Below, one piece after another: positions 61,201 through 64,000 of a stretch of DNA of 64,000 nt (the stretch's first letter is position 1; each line of letters opens with the position of its first letter). The DNA lies in the NCBI GenBank assembly GCA_964247055.1, contig OZ176057.1, positions 2,604,001-2,668,000 of the forward strand. The letters are read 5' to 3'. The notes under the pieces are model-generated. The model was given only the letters and a program-made list of their open reading frames with translations, did no database searches and was not told the origin of the DNA. This DNA comes from Paragordius varius. Lineage: Eukaryota > Animalia > Nematomorpha. A program made the translations under genes and the position numbers.

Positions 61201-62792
61201 TAAGCACATAAAAAAATTTTTATGTTTAAAAATTGTGGTTCTTACAGCTTTCTTCTGCAAAATTTTATCTAATCTCCATTTCTCAGCATCTTTTCCCAAA
61301 GGTCTTTTCAAATAATATTGGGGGCTTAACCTATAAAAGACAAATAAGTAAAAATTAAAATTATAAAAAATAAATATTTAATAGAAATATCTTAAGCGGT
61401 TGTTTTTTAATAATTTTAGGTTTTATATATATATATATATATGCAATTAAAATTCAGCTAAAAAAATATATAAATTTATTATAAATTTTCCATTACTAAG
61501 AGGAAAATAGAACAAAAAGAATATTATAAGAAAGTTTTATAATGTTATCAAGAAAAAAATATAATGAACAGAAAGAAGGACCTTAACAATATAAATAACA
61601 TTACAAATTTTTTTCTTATTAACAATACACACATGTTTTTTTAGTTTCATATCTCATTAAATATTTTTACTTTATAATTTAATTTCTAGTTTATATTTTA
61701 ATTTTCTATTTTTACGTTTGACAAAGATTATTTGGAGTAATCGAAAATTTATAATAAATTTATATAATTTTAGCTGAATAATAATTGCATATATAATAAA
61801 TAAATACCATTTTTTATAAAAACGGCCATATTTTTAATTACTTTAGACCAGGAATGATTTAGACATCCCTCGTTTATATCTCTATATTCATTATTGTTTT
61901 TGCAACCCATAAACAATTCAAAATAATTCAAATTCACTCTTAAACAATTTCAATTCACCCTCAAATAAATTATATGTTTTTTAAGATTTAAATCACTTAT
62001 GTTTTTATATATTTTTAAATATAAAATTTTTTTTTAAATTAAAATAATACTGAAAAAATAATTAATTAGGCCATAAAGATATATTTCATATTAATATTGA
62101 GTAATATTAGTTCGAAAACATATGATTTGTGTAATTTTAATTGTTCGAAGGTAAATTCAAATTGTTCAAGGGTGAATTTGAACTGCAAATGGTATATTTT
62201 ATTATATAAAAAAAACCAAAGTTTGAAAAATAAGAGGTTGTCTCAATTAAAAAAATTTTTTCGTTCTTTAGTTTCAAAATTTTATATTGTATAATTTTAT
62301 AATATACTCTATTAAAATTTATCTTCTTTATATTAAATTTACAATAAAAATTGAGATTATACGGACAAAGCGTATAAAATAAACACAATTTTTTTTCTAA
62401 AACCATAATCTTTTCTAAACTTTAATTTATCCTACAAAAAAATCATTTAATTACACAACAATCGTAAAATACATAAATGAGTGTGCTACCAATTTAAATC
62501 TCTATTTTATAGTCAGTAAAAAACAATAAGTTTTATATGTAAAAAATTACGATTTTTTGCGAAAAAAATAAAAAAATATTTATCTTTTAGAAAAAATAAT
62601 AAGTTTTGTCCGTAGTATGTGTAATTTCAATTTTTACTGTAAAATTTTATTAATCACATTAAAAAAGAAAGGTTTCTTATATATAGATAAATGTAAATCA
62701 TTCAATACCACCAATCAGCTATAAAAATTTCTTCTTTGGCACTGTATAGGGCATCGGCCACTGCAGAAAAATAACTAGCGCCATCTACAAAC
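35618..62792 (-). CDS. PLD: Phospholipase D (PLD1/PLD2 type), 5'-partial; 22 exons in the window (~1225 aa); PX/PH exons not found in the window
   Basis: Exons: 62792-62709, 61330-61246, 59690-59577, 58248-58109, 56521-56473, 56179-56081, 54527-53894, 53232-53046, 51732-51533, 50485-50099, 49616-49536, 49086-48968, 47863-47753, 47211-47101, 46525-46437, 45731-45568, 44073-43909, 41049-40923, 40357-40240, 38416-38094, 37299-37214, 35823-35618. Motifs: FVDGASYF...IFIADWWLSP, HKD1 [45 protein letters not shown]2 [19 protein letters not shown]-terminal [11 protein letters not shown]. Confidence 0.95.
38879..39116. mobile_element. Palindromic MITE with CAGTCATG termini and TA flanks
   Basis: Perfect 22-bp TIR cagtcatgtatcctttatttta / taaaataaaggatacatgactg flanked by TA on both sides. 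A second copy lies at 11974-12195. Confidence 0.85.
41690..43890. repeat. Head-to-tail tandem array of ~8 MITE family B copies (~250-265-bp period)
   Basis: Unit starts near 41690, 41952, 42216, 42482, 42748, 43000, 43440 and 43670. Junctions read ttgtccat-atatatg-cagtaaaaactgg. Confidence 0.88.
44390..45530. repeat. Intron-private degenerate tandem repeat
   Basis: About 6 copies of aatcccatataaaccccaaaaacattctcaacaaatcatttt, with a 120-230-bp period. Confidence 0.8.
47946..48386. mobile_element. MITE family A copy with an expanded left 21-bp array
   Basis: About 12 tandem 19-21-bp units at 47960-48210, then the family core and right terminus TGTAAATGATATAT. Source of the NLNCSRV/FKGKFEL ORFs. 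Confidence 0.88.
50815..50975. mobile_element. Short palindromic MITE-like element
   Basis: Arms tagaaagttattaattattgccgaattgcatat / atatgctatttggcaataattaataattttcta. A related copy lies at ~5320-5435. Confidence 0.55.
51087..51445. mobile_element. MITE family B (TA-CAGTAAAAA..TATACGGACAAAA termini; Tc1/mariner-like); representative copy
   Basis: Long TIRs cagt..tacggacaaaa(c/t)gtaaaaatataaagacaaata..aaagacaaccatactttt and their reverse complement. Other copies at about 8070-8325, 30587-30858, 31915-32200, 34270-34540, 36175-36440, 37541-37804, 60630-60910 and 62340-62640; half copies at 14890-14995 and 22900-22980. The superfamily is inferred from TA-CAGT ends. Confidence 0.82.
54553..54953. 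mobile_element. MITE family A copy
   Basis: Both termini intact, with 3-4 subterminal 21-bp units per side; 25 nt from the PLD acceptor at 54528. Confidence 0.88.
57340..58080. repeat. Intron-private degenerate tandem repeat
   Basis: About 6 copies of tttttcaatcct..aattaataatcaaaattcatttcaaaacag..ttttttgtgcaaaaa, with a ~110-130-bp period. Confidence 0.8.
59685..60560. repeat. Intron-private degenerate tandem repeat including a copy of a PLD acceptor
   Basis: About 6 copies of taaaatatt(g/a)aga...tcagatttattaaattat; catcttcctaaaaggaataaaattt is repeated at ~60135. Confidence 0.75.
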
Positions 62793-64000
62793 CTGCAAAA
62801 AATAAAAATAATAGAATTCAAATTTCTAAAAAAAAAAAAAATTTATATAAAAATAAAAAAAATAAATTTATATATATAAAAATTTATTATATTTTTGTAT
62901 CTAGTCTTAAAATCCCTTAAAATCCCTTAAAATTAATCTCTTATAACCTTAAAAATCCTTAAAATACAAAAAAAATTCTCTGGAAAAAGATATAAATATA
63001 GTTGTAAAATATTGCAATTATGGTAAAAATTAAATATGCGCCATGAATAATTAAAATCTACTTAGATTTGAATAATTCACACTTTGTTAAAATTAAATAA
63101 CATTTTGAGGTTCCTCTTGTAAAAATATATCTATTAATCGGGGAAATGTTTTTTTGTCTAAAATTATTATTGAGTATAAACTAATGCGTCAGTTCAAAAA
63201 AAGTTTTTATCATATCAATTATATCGGAATTGAAAATTTTCTACGATTCCTGTCAAATTTAAACAAAAAACCCATTATAAATTAAATTTTATGAAAAAAA
63301 TAGGTGGATATTATGTAAGGTAGGTTAAAATACCCTATGTAATACTAAAACGAGATTTGAAAAAAAATATAATATCAATTCTCACAAAAAAAAAACCATG
63401 AAAGTATCATCTTTTCCCCTATCATATTCAATCAAATTTATGAATTTGCTACGATTCAATATAATTATTTAAATTTTTAAATTTACAAAGTTTAGTATTT
63501 TTTCATCTTTAACACTTGAATAAAACACATTCATTTCAGTCCTTCGATTCAAATTGGGGTGGTTGGGTACCCACTTGCTTAAAATTAAATATTCCAAAAA
63601 ATATAAAATAAATTGAAACCACGAGTTTGCACATATATAACATTAATGAACCGAAATAAAAAAATCATTCAAATATACTTGATATTACTTATTATAAGGT
63701 AAAACCTAAAGGTAAAAATTTTGGTCAACATGAATTGTGTGCATTGGATAAATTTAAAATCAATACAAAATAAACCAATTTTTCTATTTTTATCAATATT
63801 AAATGTGATTTAAATAAAAAGTAAACTTCATTTTAGGCGTAACATCAAATAAAAAAGATATTTTACAAAAATGTTGTAAAATAAAAATGGCGTCAAAGTA
63901 GTTTAATATGAAACTATTTTTTCTATAAAAACTAAATTTTATTTATATATTTTGGCTATCTTTTTTAATTTTTGTTACGATAGAGAAGCATAAATTTAAA

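Noticed and set aside
62800-64000. Upstream PLD (PH-domain) exons
   Set aside because: I found no segment with credible splice sites and PLD similarity; these exons are probably beyond the window.

Overview
Very AT-rich eukaryotic (invertebrate metazoan-like) genomic DNA using the standard genetic code. I cannot fix the taxon from the sequence. All gene models below come from my manual translation and splice-phase checking, and protein comparisons are to reference sequences recalled from memory, not from a search. There are four protein-coding genes. (1) An intronless minus-strand ORF (2526 to beyond base 1, at least 842 aa) encodes a signal peptide, a somatomedin-B-like domain and YRNxxCxLCN repeats, probably the ectodomain of a class-B/adhesion-type GPCR. 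The ORF track misses it because it runs off the window. (2) ERCC4/XPF, minus strand, 16 exons, 1004 aa. (3) EIF3J, plus strand, 8 exons, 281 aa, head-to-head with XPF with only 104 bp between the start codons. (4) A 5'-partial PLD1/2-type phospholipase D, minus strand, 22 exons in the window. Introns are dense with non-autonomous DNA transposons (several MITE families, a foldback-like element, hAT-like elements), a decayed PIF/Harbinger element, intron-private tandem repeats and (AT)n tracts. The most notable observations are: a probable 24-nt intron and a frame-restoring 19-nt micro-exon in XPF; a ~510-aa loop and an altered PIP2 motif in PLD; tandem duplications that copy splice junctions; and a gene-body-restricted MITE family that shares its termini with a large foldback element. 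I found no clear evidence of a wholly new multi-gene system.
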